DNA of 63,088 nucleotides, filler included, from Reclinomonas americana ATCC 50394 (taxonomy: Eukaryota), in NCBI GenBank assembly GCA_048213135.1. It is 6 parts of 3 records of this genome, joined end to end, with 100 filler letters (N's around TTAATTAATTAA, not from the genome) between each part and the next. Parts side by side here need not be neighbours in the genome. Positions count along the whole stretch, not along the records: positions 17,178 to 30,896 come from PS015190.1; positions 30,997 to 50,648 come from PS015190.1; 4 more parts are not named here. One strand, 5' to 3'. A program made the translations under genes and the position numbers. Below, in pieces: positions 24,301 to 36,860 of the stretch. The notes beneath the pieces were generated by a model, which was given only the letters and a program-made list of their open reading frames with translations, ran no database searches and was not told the origin of the DNA. Each line of letters opens with the position of its first letter. Position 1 is the first letter of the stretch.

Positions 24301-24637
24301 GGAAAGCGCTGTGTGCTGTACACGGCCTCCAGGAGCTCCAGTTGCGGCGCAGAGCTGTGCCGCAAAAACAGATGCAGATGAGAAACAGGGGCATTGAGTG
24401 GTGGGAGCTGGCCATGGCCACGAGAGAGAGAGAGAGGCGCAACTATTTGCGATAATTCCTGCGCTTGTACTGTGGAAACATGCTGCGCTGGCCTGCAGCA
24501 GTCGTCGTCGTCGTCGTTGTCGCTGTTGTCGTCGCAGCGGCAGCGGTGGCCGACTGCGGCGCACGAGCACTGCTGGTGCTGCCTGCCCACTGCGCGCGCA
24601 CCCGACACAGAAGAGGAAAATCGAGTGAATGACTCAT
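21390..24637 (-). CDS. Non-TALE homeodomain transcription factor; 5' end uncertain (gap)
   Basis: Exons ending at 24444, 24354-24301, 22377-22315 and 22227-21390 splice to KRRNYRKYSAPQLELLEAVYSTQRFPDRNQKEVLAAQLGRSVSSITVWFENRRRKEQR, with canonical 60-aa spacing. Confidence 0.9.
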
Positions 24638-26635
24638 GAACCTGACGATACTTGCCCAATTCTAGTCATCGTGNNNNNNNNNNNNNNNNNNNNNNNNNNN
24701 NNNNNNNNNNNNNNNNNNNNNNNNNNNNNNNNNNNNNNNNNNNNNNNNNNNNNNNNNNNNNNNNNNNNNNNNNNNNNNNNNNNNNNNNNNNNNNNNNNNN
24801 NNNNNNNNNNNNNNNNNNNNNNNNNNNNNNNNNNNNNNNNNNNNNNNNNNNNNNNNNNNNNNNNNNNNNNNNNNNNNNNNNNNNNNNNNNNNNNNNNNNN
24901 NNNNNNNNNNNNNNNNNNNNNNNNNNNNNNNNNNNNNNNNNNNNNNNNNNNNNNNNNNNNNNNNNNNNNNNNNNNNNNNNNNNNNNNNNNNNNNNNNNNN
25001 NNNNNNNNNNNNNNNNNNNNNNNNNNNNNNNNNNNNNNNNNNNNNNNNNNNNNNNNNNNNNNNNNNNNNNNNNNNNNNNNNNNNNNNNNNNNNNNNNNNN
25101 NNNNNNNNNNNNNNNNNNNNNNNNNNNNNNNNNNNNNNNNNNNNNNNNNNNNNNNNNNNNNNNNNNNNNNNNNNNNNNNNNNNNNNNNNNNTGCTTCTGG
25201 ACGATACAGCCATTACAAGAAACACAACTCCGGCCGCACATTTCCACACGCACTGCCCGACAGAAAACGATACAGACAAGAGTGCGAGTGCGTGTGGGTG
25301 TGCGTGTGTGCGAGGAGAGAGAAAGAGCGAGGGAGTGAGAGGAGAGAGCATTGGTGCGCGATACAGCGCGCTGATTGCGATTGCGCGCACCAGTGAATCT
25401 GCGTCGCATCTCGCTCCCCCATCGCTCCATCAGTGCAGTTGCCGCGAGGTTAATGGGCAGAGAGAAATGGGAGGGAAAAAATGCGCTCTCTCGCGTCTTG
25501 TGTGCGCAGCGGTTGTCACTGATGCACTGACGTTGTCTCATGATCGCTCTGACTCCGGCGTGTGTGCAATCACTCACCAACTCGTCACTGCTGGTGCCGC
25601 TCTCCAACGACTGCTGGCCGAGAGACGTGCCGGGGAACGCGACGAAAGCGGGTGGAGGGAACGTGGTGGGAGTGTGGCGGTGCGAGCGTGCGTGTTGCTC
25701 GCTCTCTCGGTTGCACACAAAATCGGGGGAAAAACCAAGGCTCACTCCGTAAGGAATTCATCGGCCACTAAAAAGTGTTCGCTGCTACCGCTTACTTTGG
25801 CGAGGCTTCATGCGGATGCATGGGAAGGCGCATGCGTGTCGGTGGCCACGGGGGACACAGACAGCGAGACACACAGTATGAAATATGCGGTCCACAGCGT
25901 TCGAATTCGAATTCGGCTCTCTTTGTGCAAAATTATACGTGGGCGCTTGGTAGCGTGCGCGTGCAGCGCAGCGCGCTGGATGGCGGCCATAGACGCCCGC
26001 GGCAGCCAGCTGGTGCATCAAGGGCCACATTTGCGTGCTGAGAATATTCTCGGCAAGTCTCAGATTCATCATGTCGGAGCGCCGGCGTGTGTCTCGCGAT
26101 CGATCTGCGAGCACTCCGATCGTGATGTCCAGGGTGTGTATAATGGCGGCCGCGTACGACGAGTGGGTCCACGTTGCACGACAGACACACAAGAAAAATG
26201 TTCAAGAGGAGCTCGACAAGAGCTTTACGAAGCCGGCGCCGAATCCGGATCCCTTGCGTCAGACTCGACTGCTGCATCACTGAGGGTGCGCGCAAGCGCA
26301 GCGGGAGTGGCGGGCTCATTCAGTGTCCTCACACTCTGCATTCATGTGTGCATGTCACAGGCTCGTGCGCCTGATGCAGTGCTTGACTGCATCTGCACAC
26401 TGCTGTCTCTCGCGATCGTCAGCACCAGTGCTGCAGCTGACCCGCTGCGGCTGTGAGGAGTCGCGACGCGGTTGCTCGAGGAGAGTGACTCATCTCGCTC
26501 GTTGCAACGGTGTTTTGCAGTCGACACTCAAAGTGACACCGAGACAACTCACGACTCGGCAAATGCAAGACGTCCTCGTCGGCGGCGTCGATCGTCCTGC
26601 GATCGATTCATCGTCGCCGTTCACACACGCCATCC

Positions 26636-26730
26636 ATGGAAGAAGTCTTCGAAGTCATGCGACAGGTGCGCCTCTACCGTCTTCGAGTCGCAGCACATTG
26701 CGTCGAAAGAGTGACTCAGTGGAAACAGAC

Positions 26731-26764
<34 letters not shown>

Positions 26765-26894
26765 GCACACACACTCTCATGTTCTCCGAATCCTCGCTCT
26801 CTGCATCGCCTCTCTCACTGAGTCGCCGTTCTTCCTTGTCTCACTCCGTCTCTCTCTCTCTCTCTCNNNNNNNNNNNNNNNNNNNNTCGTCGTC

Positions 26895-26961
<67 letters not shown>

Positions 26962-27449
26962 CCTTCCTCCCTCCCTCCCTCCCTTCCCTTCCCTCATCAC
27001 CACCACCCCTCTCTTGCCAGGTGGCCAGCAACACCACACAACACGCCTCCCTCAGCGACTCACTGCACGCCTTCGCCTCGGCCGTGCGGTGGACCGAGCC
27101 CCTCATCCTCGGCCTCTGCCTCTTCCACGCCCTCGTCTTCTCTCTCGTCGTGCTCACACGCCGACGCGACTTTGCACAAATCGCGCTCTTCCTCACCGTC
27201 GTCGCCCTGGCCTACGTTGCCGAACCGCTCAACCGAGTGGCGGCGTCGCACTGGCGTCTCATTGCCTCGCAACCGTACTTTGATCAGCGCGGCGTGTTTG
27301 CCAGCATCTTTTACAGCGGTCCGCTGCTGGTCGCCGCCTTTATCATGCTGGTCAACGCACTCGTCAAGGCCGCGCACATGATGGTGTTCATCAAGAGGAG
27401 GCAGCTGCGCCAGCAGCACGACGCGCAGCAGAGACTAAAGTCCGAGTGA
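26636..27449 (+). CDS. TMEM18: TMEM18-like membrane protein
   Basis: Exon 1 MEEVFEVMRQ (26636-26665), intron to 27020, then WTEPLILGL...AEPLNRVAASHWRLIASQPYFDQRGVFASIFYSGPLL. Confidence 0.88.
26896..26957 (+). repeat. (CT)n microsatellite in TMEM18 intron 1
   Basis: Uninterrupted CT dinucleotide run next to a gap. Confidence 0.95.
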
Positions 27450-27482
27450 TGAGTTGACAACACAAAGAGTGAAGCTGTCGCG

Positions 27483-28129
27483 TCATTTACGCTTGATGGC
27501 CGTCGTCGCCGCAGAGGCTGCGTGTTTGCCTCGTTTTCTTGGCGGTTCATCCGTGTCGGTGGTCTGTGCGCCGTTGCTGGCTGCGGCTGCTGCGGCGGCT
27601 GCACTCTCCAATGCCGAGATCCGCTCCTCGTACAGCAGCAGCAGTTGTTGGATCTTGACAACGTCGGCTTGGAGGCTGACGGCGGCCACTTGTGAGGCCG
27701 CCATGGGTGCTGGTGGTGCTGCCACTGCGTCCTCCACAGTGGCGCCATCACCATGCATGTAGCTACCGAGAGCGTAGCTGGAGAGTGCGTCGCCAAAGAG
27801 AACATACGAANNNNNNNNNNNNNNNNNNNNTGTCTGCGCATGTGAGAGAGAGTGAGCAAAAAGTGACGCACCTCTCTCTCTCTCCGTATGTGTGCCCGTG
27901 TGCGCAACGGGTACATGTGCTTGTCGCTGGCCCTGTGGCCCAGCAGCGCCTTGCACGACACACATCGGAGTACTGGCGACTGCGCTGTTCTCTCCACGGC
28001 CGGCGTGACGACCTGCACGCAGATGCAACCGCCGCGCTCGGGGTCGACGCTTTCACCGACAAAGGCACACGAGTCGCTGACGATTTGCCGACAGGAGCGA
28101 CACTGGAACACCACGCCTTCGTCGCCCAT
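27483..28129 (-). CDS. MIS18: Mis18 (Yippee/Mis18 zinc-binding domain plus C-terminal coiled coil)
   Basis: VFQCRSCRQIVSDS...LRCVSCKALLG (two CxxC), YALGS, and the helix KIQQLLLLYEERISALES; basic C-terminal tail. Confidence 0.8.
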
Positions 28130-28184
28130 GACAGCAGCGACAAAAGGACGGAGGCAGCGAGGAGGACGCATACATTTTCTGCGA

Positions 28185-29103
28185 CTACGATTGCACTCGG
28201 GCGTGGCGCAGCAGGAGGACGTGGTTGCTGCCCTCCGTCTGCTGACTCAGCAGCTGCTTGGTCGTGGTGGCAGCGGCGGCGGTGGCGGCGGTCTTGATCG
28301 GCAAGCCTGTGAGTTTGCCTCCGCCGCCGGCGTGACGAACGTCGAGTGCGGCCAGGACCGTGTGCACCACTTTGGTGACCACGTGGGAGGTCGCCACTGG
28401 CACTGAGCGATGGTGGTGGTGGTACTTGAGCAGGAAGAGTGCAGCAACCAGCAGCACAATGCTGGAGAACGTCAGTGTGGCGGACCACATGAGGTCGAGC
28501 CACGCACTTTGATGACGATGGCAAACGGCCACATTGGCAAAGTCGTGGTGCACTGCGCGATGCACTGTGCGGCATACACACATACACACCTCTCGTGAGC
28601 GTGTACACAGAGGGAGGGAGCGAGGGAGAGAGAGACGTGGAGAGACAAACCAGTCATGTCAAAGTCAAACACGAGCGGCGTGGAGCCATTGCACTCGTGC
28701 AGGTTGTCCACTGCCGCCACCACACGCCACCAGTCAACCGACTGTGGCACAGCTGCTGAGCGTCGCACCACCAGTCGGTAGTGGCCACTGGCACTCGTCA
28801 CTGTGGAGGCACTGGTCACCCCATCTTCCACCATGTGCGACAGCGTGACTTTGACGTTGGCCACGGCCTGCTGCTGCGCGTCGGTCACAGACCTGCACAG
28901 ACACACACATGAGAGTGAGTCAAGTGCATGCCCGTCTGTGTGCGTGTGTGTGAGTAGTCATTTGTGTGTGTGACTCACCCAAACACGACCACCAGTGAGG
29001 CATCATTGACAACAATCGGCAGCGACAATGCTCCACCATCGCCCATCACTCCGCTGCCTGCCACCACGAGCAAGGAAAGAACGAGACACAAAAGTTGATG
29101 CAT
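28185..29103 (-). CDS. Type I membrane protein: signal peptide, carboxypeptidase-regulatory/prealbumin-like beta domain, one TM helix
   Basis: MHQLLCLVLSLLVVAGSG signal; GSVTDAQQQAVANVKVTL...TVTSASGHYRL; TM segment TLTFSSIVLLVAALFLL; two introns. Confidence 0.6.
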
Positions 29104-29185
29104 CGCTTCAATTGCTCTCGAGAGTCAAACGCAAAAAGAGAACAACGCGGGAGGCTCGCGCAGAAAAACTGTCCTCCTCCGCTGA

Positions 29186-30720
29186 TTAGCGTCCTCCTCC
29201 GCGAAGTCGAGCCACTTCGCGTTCCAGCTCAGCGATGCGTTCCATGGCGCGATGCAAATCCGATGTTCGTGTGCGTAGAGCGTCGGCAAACTCGGCGGTG
29301 ACAACTGACACCTGCTGGCGTGCTGCACACGGCGAGAGATACAAACAGTGAGTACTTTTCTCAGCTCAGCAGCTGCCCGTGTGTGTGCACGTTCACGCAA
29401 CGGTCATCGAATTGTGCGAGCAATGGAGAGGCAGGTGTCGGCGGAGCCGAGTTGGCGGCGATAAAGGCGTCACGGAGTGGGGTGCGGCTCTGTGCAAAGC
29501 GATGAGTACAAGCAACACAAAATGCGCTTCATCATCGTCGTCACATACCGAGGACGACACCGACAGCGGAGACGATGCCGACGAGGCAGGCGACGAAGCC
29601 GATGATGATGAGTTCTGCTGCAGCGCGGTGAGTGACGGGTTCAAGCATTGGTGGGGTGATCTCCTACCGTGGCCGAGACGGTGCTCGGAACTGAACGCCG
29701 TACAGAAACCGGCGCACCCACGAGAATGCCGGCGAGGAACGAGTCAAGTGACGGGTCACGCTCCCAGGCGCACGCTGCGCGACGAGAGCTCAGTGACCAG
29801 GCGTCTGACTCTATAGATGCACACACACACATACCCGAAGACAGTTGCACGCCGAGAGCGCCGGTCTGCACCGCATGCAGCGATGAGCGCAAGTTGCGCA
29901 GATCCTGCCGCAGTCGCGCACTCTCCTCGGCTCCCAGCGATACGTTGGGTTGCACTCCCTACATTGTCTGTGAGTGCAGAGGGAAGGAGAAGAGAGGACA
30001 AGAGGATTTTCTGCGCGCACCGGAACCGTCTCCTCAACCTGTCATGAAAAAAGACTCTCGGCGTAAGCAATTGGATGCACACACGCACAGCTCTTCATCA
30101 CAGGACACTCACATCGCAGCTGGCGTACTGCAGCTGAGACACGGTCTTCTGAATGGTCTCCAGCCACGACGCCGCTTCGGCCTCCTGCACACACGAAATG
30201 TCCAGTTCCTTGTTCGAGCCGTACACAGTGAACACGTTGGCTGTGCCGGTGCAGAGATCAGTGGTGCGTGCAACACGACAGACGGCCAGCAACATTGCAG
30301 CGTGCGCAACGTCGGTGCGTTTTGACTTCCTTCTCCAGATTGCGTTCGACGCGCGTGTCGGGCCGGAAGAGAATGACACCAGCCGGCTTCTTGCCGGACC
30401 GCACATCGGACTCCTTCTCAAAGTAGAAGAGTGCGTACCGTACCAGGATCATGTAGCGACGTGACCAGTTCTGCACAGAACACTCAGCGACGACAACCAG
30501 ATGAAGCATCGCGAAAAAATGAGTGCACTAGCAAACCTTGCGAACGTGGCCTGCGCGCAAGACAAGAAAGCATGCAAAGTGAGTGAAGAAACGCACACGC
30601 GGCAACAAAAGCACCAGATCAACACACACCGAGCTTCTCCATGTATCCCTCACGAACAATGCCATCGGACCAGCATGTTGGGTCGGCGGCGATCCGTTTG
30701 GCGAGCTTGATCGGGTCCTC
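29186..30720 (-). CDS. PH-domain protein with C-terminal coiled coil; 5' end missing
   Basis: IVREGYMEKLG...NWSRRYMILVRYALFYFEKE...PAGVILF...RPNVFTV...EAASWLETIQ; last exon AMERIAELEREVARLRGGGR with TAA at 29186-29188. Confidence 0.85.
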
Positions 30721-30742
30721 TGCAGCCACGAGTTCAGCCACA

Positions 30743-30744
<2 letters not shown>

Positions 30745-30794
<50 letters not shown>
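30745..30794 (+). repeat. (GA)n microsatellite
   Basis: Uninterrupted GA run. Confidence 0.95.
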
Positions 30795-30795
<1 letters not shown>

Positions 30796-30940
30796 GACGA
30801 CTATACTACAACGAGAGCGCGCCTCCTACCTACCACTACAACACCGACGACGACGACGTACGGACGGAACGGACGGACGGTACGGGTCGGACGGACNNNN
30901 NNNNNNNNNNNNNNNNNNNNNNNNNNNNNNNNNNNNNNNN

Positions 30941-30952
30941 TTAATTAATTAA
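30941..30952. other. Artificial scaffold-concatenation linker
   Basis: TTAATTAATTAA within N runs. Confidence 0.97.
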
Positions 30953-30995
30953 NNNNNNNNNNNNNNNNNNNNNNNNNNNNNNNNNNNNNNNNNNN

Positions 30996-33900
30996 NGAGA
31001 GAGAGAGAGAGACGCCAATTATCAAACAGATGGCGCTCACCTCCACTCAAATCCGACAGCAGCTGGAAGGACAGCGGTGGCAACGCGGCGGCTCCAGCAG
31101 CGGCCGTCGTGGGACTGAGATCGAGTTCGGCGCCCACCGACTTGGCCACTCGATCCAACAACTCGTTGGTCCACGCGAGTGAGTCGCGCATCTCCATATT
31201 AAATCGGCGCAACAACTCGGGCTGCACGAAGAAGCGCGCGGTCAGTTGATCTTGGACGATGCACGCTGTCATGGCTGTTGCGCAACTGCCTCGGCCATTG
31301 ACGCCGCCGATGAACCAACCGGCTCGGGCTCCTTGAACTGTGCGCGATCCATTGAGACAACATGAAGGGAGTTTTTTTTTTTCCAATCCACGACAGAACG
31401 CAACGGCGACGGAGATGCGGCGCGGCTTGTCGCCAGGCAGTCCGCAGTCAAGTTCAGTTGCCACGACGGCGTGCGGCAGCAATCCAGCCTCGCGTCTGTC
31501 GAAGCACACATAAGCATCACTGCTATGTACAGCTCAAATGACGCAGTGCGCAGGCTCACCGCTCCAGTCCGACAAACAGCGGTCCGGCACGAATGGAATT
31601 CAGCGTCATGTCGCCCAGCGGCACCGGCTTGGGCAAGTCGAACTGAATGTGCGCCACTGCGGCGAACACCAAAATCTTGGCAGGAGGTGGCGCTGACGGT
31701 GGCAGCTTCGGCATGCCTTGGCCCACAGCCTTGCCAATCTCTGCAAGCTGCTTGATTCTGCGCGACCAGCACCATGAGCAGGGCAGGCGGCGCGCGAATG
31801 CACATCTTCTCTCTCTCTCTCACACACAGGCCAACGCAACTGCCACTCGCTTATCCGTCCCTGCACGGGAGACACCTCCACAAACGCCATCAGTTGGTGA
31901 CGGCAGTTGACGTTGGTCGGATCCATGATGCCAAGTGCCACTCGCACGCTCAGAGGCGCCAACAGATACGGAGTCTGTGCATTGGCATCGCGCATGGCCA
32001 CTCGCACGTCGCCGATGCTGAGTTCGATGCGCTGCGCAAACAGCGGCAGCTGCTCGGCCACAATGTCGCGGATTTCGTCGAGGCGCACTCGGTCTGCCAG
32101 AGACACCTCGGCGGCCACCAGGGGCGGTGCGAACTTGGAGTACTGCTGCACTGGCAGTCGCGCCGAGACTACAGAGACGCCCGCACACAAAGTAGTGAGG
32201 CAGGCTGCGCAAGAAGAGAACAGGAGGGATTTCTGTGGGCACCGCAACTCGAATCAATGACCACCTCCAACGACGGAGACATTTCGAAAAAGTGACCCGT
32301 CGGCATGCGAACCACAATGGCGTCAACCTACGGCGCCGGTACCATATGAGTGTCATCCGAATTATGCAAACCAAGCGTGGCGCACACAGACGTACCCGAG
32401 CCTCGACATTGGGCGGCGGGCCTGCCGCTTGCGGGGCCGCTGCCGAGGCCGACGCTCCAGAGAATGATGCAGTCGACAACGAGGAAGAACCGGTCGGCGA
32501 CGCAGCAGCAGCAGTAGGCGACACAGGCGACGGGGTGGGCGGTGCGGGCAGAGTGGTTTGGAATTTGCCTAGTTGCACCACCAGGTTGAGCACGCTGCGC
32601 AGGAGTGCCACAGCGGGCATGATCTGCATGGAGTGAGCGCGTGTCAGCATCTGCCTGCGTGCAGCACAGCACGGCACGGCACGCCCACCTGCAACGGGAA
32701 CACGCGCGCCTGGATGCTGACCACGGGGGCGGCTGCGGGGCTTCGCTTGCTGCTGCGCACCAAAAGACGGATACCACCGTCACCCACCGCTGTCACAACA
32801 GTCAGACACGGAAAACAACAAAGTAAAGTTTGGCCACGGAGACGCACGAGGCGATGGGCGGGTGGCGATCCAGCTCGCTTGCTCGAAGTCAATAATGGCC
32901 GGCCACACTTCCTTTTGCGCCGCAGCGGCAAGTGGCGAACCTGCGCAGCAAACAATGATTGAGCAAGTGATACAGAGAGAGACTGTACTGGTGGATTTCC
33001 GACGCAACGGTACTCGGCGGCGGTCAGCGGCCGCAAAATGTCCACGCCCACGGAGCCCTCGGGAACCACCTCGGACAGCCGGAAGTCTGGCAACGACACC
33101 TGGATGGTGGTATCCGGTGGTCTCACCAGCACAGTCACCTGTGTGTTTTTTACACCGATGAATTGACTTGGAGAGTTTCCCAATAAATGCGATGAAGCGC
33201 ACCTTGGTGCCAGTGAGAACAAAGGTCACACCGTACAGTGGTCGCGGCTCAAAGATAAAGGTGAACTCCATGCGCGGAATGAGCAAGTTGATCGAGATGG
33301 GTGGCGCTGCGGGAGCCGAGCTGTCAACGTCGCTTCCGGCGGCACTGATGATCGACTGTGCGCCGAGGTCAGCGAGAGCGCGCATCAAGCGCACAGAGCA
33401 TAGAGGTCATACCTCCTCGTCGACGGTTGACTCGTCGGAGAACTCCACCTCGTCCATGTTCAATTTCTGTGCAGGCCGAGTGAGTGAGAGGGAAATCAAA
33501 TAGAAAAAAAGGCGATGGTGAGAGCGCAACAATGGCGTCGGGTCGGCGGAGGGCGGCTACCAGGGCGTCCATTTCCGATATTCTGCACGCAGTACGTTGT
33601 CACACTTGCTGGTGGTGCGTACGTACGCCTAAGAGGCGTGGACGGCGAGTTCTTCTTTGTCCCTTCCCTTCCCTCTTTCTCCTCTCGCTCCACACGCAAC
33701 TCTTCCGGTGGAGCCGCATCGGCCGGCTTCTTGCGGCTCATCGCCTGCTGCGCGTATGCCGCAAACGCCATGATGTTGGCCACACCAGAAAAGGAGATGG
33801 CGAGTCCGAGCCGGTCCAGCTGCGTCTCAATCTCGATGCCCAGCATGCGCACACCGACACGCGACTTTCGCATGGTGATCTGCACAGGGTGAGACCACCG

Positions 33901-34849
33901 TCATGCTAATGTCATCCACTCACACTGGAAGGTCGTCAGCAAACGCAACTCGCGCGTCCACCTGCAGCTCGTCCAGCAGCTTGTTGACATTGCCCGAGTT
34001 GTCAATGAGCGCGGCCGAGATGCCGGCAATCTGCACGCGCTTGAACACAAACATCTCCGCCGGCAGTCCACGTCCACTCGTCGGCAACACATCCGCGAGG
34101 TTCTTCACTGGCTCCCACCGCGCATCCGTTGTCTGTGCCGACAGGAAGCGAATGTCGAGCTGAAAGCGTGGCGGACGGGCGGCAAGAGGTGCCAGCGCGC
34201 CAAACTTCGCCACCACCTGTATGTGATTGATGGCCACCGATATCCCGTCGCCTATGCGGTCGCCAAAGCCGTACTTGCGCTTGGCACTCTTCGCCGCGTC
34301 GTCCTTGGAGGCGTCGGCGGCTGTCTCACTGTCCTCGGCCAAGTTGAGCAGTGTCTTGAGCAAATCGGCCGACTCGTGCCACTGCTCTGTCTCCTGCACC
34401 TCGACCACAATGCTGTCGATTTGCACGCGGATGGGCTTGGTCGACAGCTTGGTCAGTGACAGCTTCACTGTCACGTCGGAGATGAAAATGCGCGTAAAGG
34501 CCAGTTGGCCCACACCGGCCTTGCGCAACAGGTCATTGATGATGTCCACATTGACCTCTGCGTGAGCGTGCGTGTGTGTGTGTGAGAGACTGTGTGTGAG
34601 AGAGAGACTGTGTGTGAGAGGGAGACTGTGTATGCGAGCACGCACCTAGGTTGGTGAAGGAGGTCTTGCCGCGCAGAAGTGAGATCTCAAACTGACTCTG
34701 ATGGAAACCCTGTGTGTGTGTGTGCATGATGAGCGGAGAAATCAACACACACTCACACGAACACACACACACTGTGAGAGAGAGTGCACCTTGATGAAGA
34801 TGACCAGGTACTTCTTCACAAAGGCAAGGATGAGGCGCTTGAGCAGCAT
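30996..34849 (-). CDS. Bridge-like lipid transfer protein, BLTP3/UHRF1BP1 (SHIP164)-like, Chorein-N domain; 3' truncated
   Basis: VKKYLVIFIK|GFHQSQFEISLLRGKTSFTNL|EVNVDII...LTKLSTKPIRVQIDSIVVEV...KYGFGDRIGDGISVAINHI...AQTTDARWEP. ATG at 34849. Confidence 0.8.
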
Positions 34850-34974
34850 CGTCACTGCGCAGACAGCAGAGAAAGCGGAGGAAGACACTCCTGACTGCGG
34901 AAAATTTGCTTGCAAAACATGTCCGCCTCTTTTTCATTCAGTCTCTAGTGATTGATTGTGTGCCTCTATTGTAT

Positions 34975-36771
34975 CTATAGGCGCGCGCGAAGCAAGGCTG
35001 CAGCAGGCGCGTGATGGTGCTCTTCCGCCGGTGCCGTGGCAGCAGCTGGCAATTTCGGGAGGGCAAGTCGTTCGCGAAGCCACGGAAAGACAACTGTGGA
35101 CCACCCGTGCTGGCAGCGTGGTGAGAAGAAGCCGTGGTGACCGACTGCTGTGGCGCCACGCTTCTGGCCGTTGTTGCTGCGAGGGTTGTGTGGGACAGCT
35201 GCGTCGCGTGGGTGGAGGTGGAGGCGGGTAATGTCGGAAACGGCACTGAAGCGACTGGCCAGGTCGTCCACGGCGGCTTTCGGCGCAATTAGCGTGTCGT
35301 CGGTGAAACTGAGTGACAGCACCGGGGCTCTTGTGGCGCGAGAGAATGTGATCATGAGAAGAAGGGACTTGGTGCGCTGCGATGATTGCACCTACCGCAG
35401 AAACGTGTATGTTGTGTCTGTGTGAGGAGGAGGGTGAGGAGGATGGAGGCGACGCTGCGACGAGAGTGGCCAAGGAGAAGACGCACCGAAATCGCGCTTG
35501 TGATCTGGTCGCTCCATGTACGCCGGGTGGAAGCCCCATGTTCCCCACTGCAGCAAGAGAGCAACAAGGATGAGCAGCTCGTCACCCAAGCCATCAAGGC
35601 AGCGCGATCGATGGATGCGCAACATTGTTGGCCACTCCGTACGGCAAGTCACCACCCATCTGTGAGCGACAGCGGCAAGTGACATGAGTTGTCTGTTCAA
35701 AGGTTTACGCTTGCCACACAACCGACCTTTAGCATTCCTGCAGAGTCACGAAGAGATGAACGTACACAGGCGTGAGAACACCGTAGTGATAGACACAGCG
35801 AGTGCCGCGCGCCACCACTCACCCATCGGCGCATACCCGAAAATATTATTGATGAGCCACACTGATGGGTACCAGAATGCGAGGACGTTGACCATACTGC
35901 ACAAACACCGCACGCGAGTTTAGTGTCAAGCCTGCCACCCACACCCCTGCTGACGCACCTCATTCCCCTGCAAGAAAACACGAACAAACTTGTTGTTTAG
36001 CCCAAGTGGAGGATGTCACTCTCTTCCTCTGCAGTGCTGCAGTGACCACGCCGCAACTTCCACAGACGATAGTAGCCCGTCTGCGACGCAATCATGACGA
36101 CGGCATCGATGCGCTCGACCAGGTCGCGCGGCAGCAGACCGATCAGCAGGCCAGAGATCGAGTGCACCGCCAGCGTGAGTGGTACATGCGGGAACCGCTC
36201 CAAGGCGTACCTGAGAAGCACGCACACGAGACAGTCAACAACACAACGACACTCTCTCCCTCACTGACACACGCACCGAATGACAGCAGCCAGGTCGCGG
36301 TGCCCCCAATCGTCCAAGTCGGCTGCATGCAATCACACAGTCAGTGTTCGAAAAGCACAGCAGCAGCACCAAGCGGACGTTGTCACTCACCACGGAAGCC
36401 ACGCAGTGACTTGCGTCCTGGAGGAAACGAGTCACCCGTGCCGCGATAGTCAAACGTGATGGCTGTGTGCGCATCTCACGCGTATCAGATGCATGCATGC
36501 GCTGCAAGAAGTCCTCTCTCTCTCTCTCGCGCGCGCGCGAGCGCCACCACGCACCAACCACACCCAACTCACGCACTGCAGCAGTGGCAAATGCATGGTA
36601 GAACGATCGTTTCGCACCGAGCCCCGAGCCGACCACCATCACTGCTGTTGGAGGCGCATGCGCCTGCAACACACTGCCGGTGAGCACGTACCCATCGGCC
36701 GCCACAGTGGTGGTAAACACCTCTTCTCGCACTGCTGCTGCAGGGTCTCCTGTGGGGGTCTCTGCAGACAT
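34975..36771 (-). CDS. Alpha/beta hydrolase resembling the bacterial COG4757 family; multi-exon
   Basis: [31 protein letters not shown], nucleophile elbow [48 protein letters not shown]; Ser-Asp-His triad candidates all present. Confidence 0.8.
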
Positions 36772-36860
36772 CTGGTCACGTTCGCTTTTCGAGGTGCGTG
36801 AGAAGAAATGCCTGATTGAGCGCGTGTTCGCTTCTTCGAGTACACAAATTTCGCGATTCA

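Noticed and set aside
22979-25745. Long ORFs spanning N gaps
   Set aside because: They are open only because N runs translate as X.
20281-25917. TTCGAATTCGAATTC at about 20281 and 25900 as heat-shock elements
   Set aside because: The spacing does not match nGAAnnTTCn; these are short self-palindromic tandem repeats with no other support.
25750-26620. Possible gene upstream of TMEM18
   Set aside because: Coding-like composition, but I could not build one consistent spliced model on either strand; left unresolved.
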